Shown in pieces: positions 62,164 through 64,000 of a DNA stretch of 64,000 nucleotides; position 1 is the first letter of the stretch; each line of letters opens with the position of its first letter. Position numbers and translations under genes: made by a program. Under the pieces are notes generated by a model. The model did no database searches. It saw only the letters and a program-made list of their open reading frames with translations, and was not told the origin of the DNA. Origin of the DNA: Lachnospiraceae bacterium (GTDB taxonomy: Bacteria > Bacillota > Clostridia > Lachnospirales > Lachnospiraceae); assembly GCA_015057035.1 (NCBI GenBank), contig SVFC01000007.1, positions 34,674-98,673 on the forward strand, given 5' to 3'.

Positions 62164-62204
62164 TAATATGCAAAGAAGTGACAAAAGTTCCAGAAAGGAC
62201 AAAA

Positions 62205-63110
62205 ATGAACGAAAAATTCAAATCAGGTTTTGTAACCATCATTGGTAGACCGAACGTAGGAAAGTCTACTCTTATGAATAAGTTGATAGGACAGAAGATT
62301 GCTATCACTTCCAACAAACCGCAGACCACCAGAAATCGTATTCAGACCGTGTATACGGATATGGAAAAAGGTCAGATTATTTTCTTGGATACTCCAGGTA
62401 TTCACAAGGCAAAAAATAAACTTGGTGAATATATGGTAAACGTTGCGGAAAAAACTTTGAATGAAGTGGATGTAATTCTGTGGCTGGTAGAGCCAACCAA
62501 CTACATTGGTGCAGGAGAGCAGCACATTGTTGAGCAGCTGAAGAAAACGGACACACCAGTGATCCTCATCATCAACAAGATAGATACAGTAGACAAAGAT
62601 AAGGTGTTTGAGTTTATTGATACTTATCGCAAGGTATATGATTTCGCAGAAATCATTCCAACTTCAGCGTTACGTGGACAGAATACGGACGACATTATTG
62701 ATAGTATTTTCAAATATCTGACCTATGGTCCAATGTTCTACGACGAAGATACCATCACAGATCAGCCAGAACGTGCTATCTGTGCAGAAATCATTCGTGA
62801 AAAAGCATTGCATGCATTAAACGATGAAATTCCTCATGGTATTGCAGTGGCAATCGACCAGATGAAATTCCGTCAGGGTGGACAGATGGTAGATATTGAC
62901 GCCACTATTGTATGTGAACGTGATTCTCACAAGGGAATTATCATAGGAAAACAGGGTGCAATGCTTAAGAAAATCGGCACCAATGCCCGTTACGAGATGG
63001 AGCGCCTTCTTGACGCCAAAGTAAATTTAAAACTTTGGGTTAAGGTGAAGAAAGACTGGAGAGACAGTGATTTCCTAATCAAAAACTTTGGCTACAGAGA
63101 AGAAGAGTAA
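62205..63110 (+). CDS. era: GTPase Era
   Basis: GRPNVGKS, KPQTTR, DTPG, NKID, EIIREK, EIPH, KGIIIGKQG, LWVKV..DWRD. Confidence 0.97.
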   Translation: MNEKFKSGFVTIIGRPNVGKSTLMNKLIGQKIAITSNKPQTTRNRIQTVYTDMEKGQIIFLDTPGIHKAKNKLGEYMVNVAEKTLNEVDVILWLVEPTNYIGAGEQHIVEQLKKTDTPVILIINKIDTVDKDKVFEFIDTYRKVYDFAEIIPTSALRGQNTDDIIDSIFKYLTYGPMFYDEDTITDQPERAICAEIIREKALHALNDEIPHGIAVAIDQMKFRQGGQMVDIDATIVCERDSHKGIIIGKQGAMLKKIGTNARYEMERLLDAKVNLKLWVKVKKDWRDSDFLIKNFGYREEE

Positions 63111-63197
63111 AGTTTGAATTAAATTTCCAATTTTTTTCGGGGATAGATTTCGCCTTAAAGTAAATTCTAACATTAGAGATGAATGGAGGGATTTGCG

Positions 63198-63383
63198 ATG
63201 GAGAAACGTGATTCAGAAAAAAACTGGGATAACTTCTGGCTGAGCGGCAGGATAGATGATTATCTGCACTATCGCAGTAGTGTCGGAAGTAGTGACAAAC
63301 ACAAAGAGGATGTAAAAACCAATGGGACAGTCAGTGGTAGTGACAGGGATGGTACTAACGGCCATGCCAATTTCAGAATATGA
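63198..63383 (+). CDS. YqzL-like small protein
   Basis: W..FW.SGRIDDYL.Y motif; lies between era and recO as yqzL does in Bacillota. Confidence 0.55.
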   Translation: MEKRDSEKNWDNFWLSGRIDDYLHYRSSVGSSDKHKEDVKTNGTVSGSDRDGTNGHANFRI

Positions 63384-64000
63384 CAAGAGAATAACGATAC
63401 TGACGAAAGAGCGTGGGAAGATTTCCGCTTTTGCCCGTGGTGCCCGCAGACCAAACAGTCAGTTACTGGCAGCAACCAATCCTTTTTCCTTCGGAGAGTT
63501 TGAACTTTTCGAAGGAAAGAGTTCTTATAATGTTTCTAGGGCCAGCATACATAATTATTTCCGTGAGTTGACGTTGGATGTGGATGCGGCATATATGGGA
63601 TTCTATTTTCTGGAATTTGCAGAGTATTTCTGCCAGGAGAATAATGATGAGAAGGAAATGCTAAAGCTTTTGTACCAATCCCTACGAGCATTGGAGAGTC
63701 CTTCTTTTTCCAAGGAGCTGGTGCGTGTCATCTTTGAACTTAAGGCAATGACTATAAACGGTGAAGGACCAAGTATGTTTTCCTGTATGCATTGTCATAA
63801 GACGGAAGAGCTGGTGCATTTTTCCGTTCGAAGGGGCGGTATGTTTTGTCCAGAGTGTGTGAAGGCAATTAAGGAACTGAAAGGTGGTACGCCTGTATCG
63901 GGGAAGGATTTTCGCAAGATACATGAATCCACTCGTTATACAATGCAATACATTGTCTCTACACCAGTGGAAAAACTATTTTCTTTTCAGGTGTCAGAGG
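63322..64000 (+). CDS. recO: DNA repair protein RecO (3' truncated by window edge)
   Basis: Not in the ORF track because it has no stop in the window. Translates as MGQSVVVTGMVL...EYDKRITILTKERGKISAFARGARR..., with CMHC and CPEC Zn ligands. Confidence 0.92.
   Translation, partial: MGQSVVVTGMVLTAMPISEYDKRITILTKERGKISAFARGARRPNSQLLAATNPFSFGEFELFEGKSSYNVSRASIHNYFRELTLDVDAAYMGFYFLEFAEYFCQENNDEKEMLKLLYQSLRALESPSFSKELVRVIFELKAMTINGEGPSMFSCMHCHKTEELVHFSVRRGGMFCPECVKAIKELKGGTPVSGKDFRKIHESTRYTMQYIVSTPVEKLFSFQVSE

Overview
AT-rich, gene-dense chromosomal segment from an anaerobic Bacillota. Gene content and the era-yqzL-recO order suggest Clostridia, probably Lachnospiraceae-like (inference). It runs from the 3' end of a PcrA/UvrD helicase to the 5' part of recO. 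Housekeeping genes include rlmD, fprA, eno, ddh, leuB-ilvD-ilvB, serC-serA, mscS, a cold-shock gene, an M16 peptidase, era and recO. Carbohydrate enzymes include GH53, a GH13 pullulanase and GH2. No rRNA, tRNA, CRISPR array, integrase or transposase was recognised. Four things stand out. (1) At about 58.5-59.1 kb a small PBECR-type nuclease gene carries, in its last codons, the -35 box of a consensus promoter that drives a structured, terminated ncRNA; this is a candidate protein-RNA toxin/antitoxin or defence module. (2) A 13.6-kb cluster (10.2-23.8 kb) joins sulfur-trafficking genes (split YeeE, two TusA, two rhodanese lipoproteins, an atypical TrxB, LysR, a TauABC-like ABC transporter) to an Arn-like aminosugar pathway with a GT2-ATP-grasp fusion. 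(3) An amino-acid ABC binding protein appears circularly permuted. (4) A TetR-controlled operon encodes reductases of unknown substrate. All product calls come from motif recognition by eye; no searches were run.
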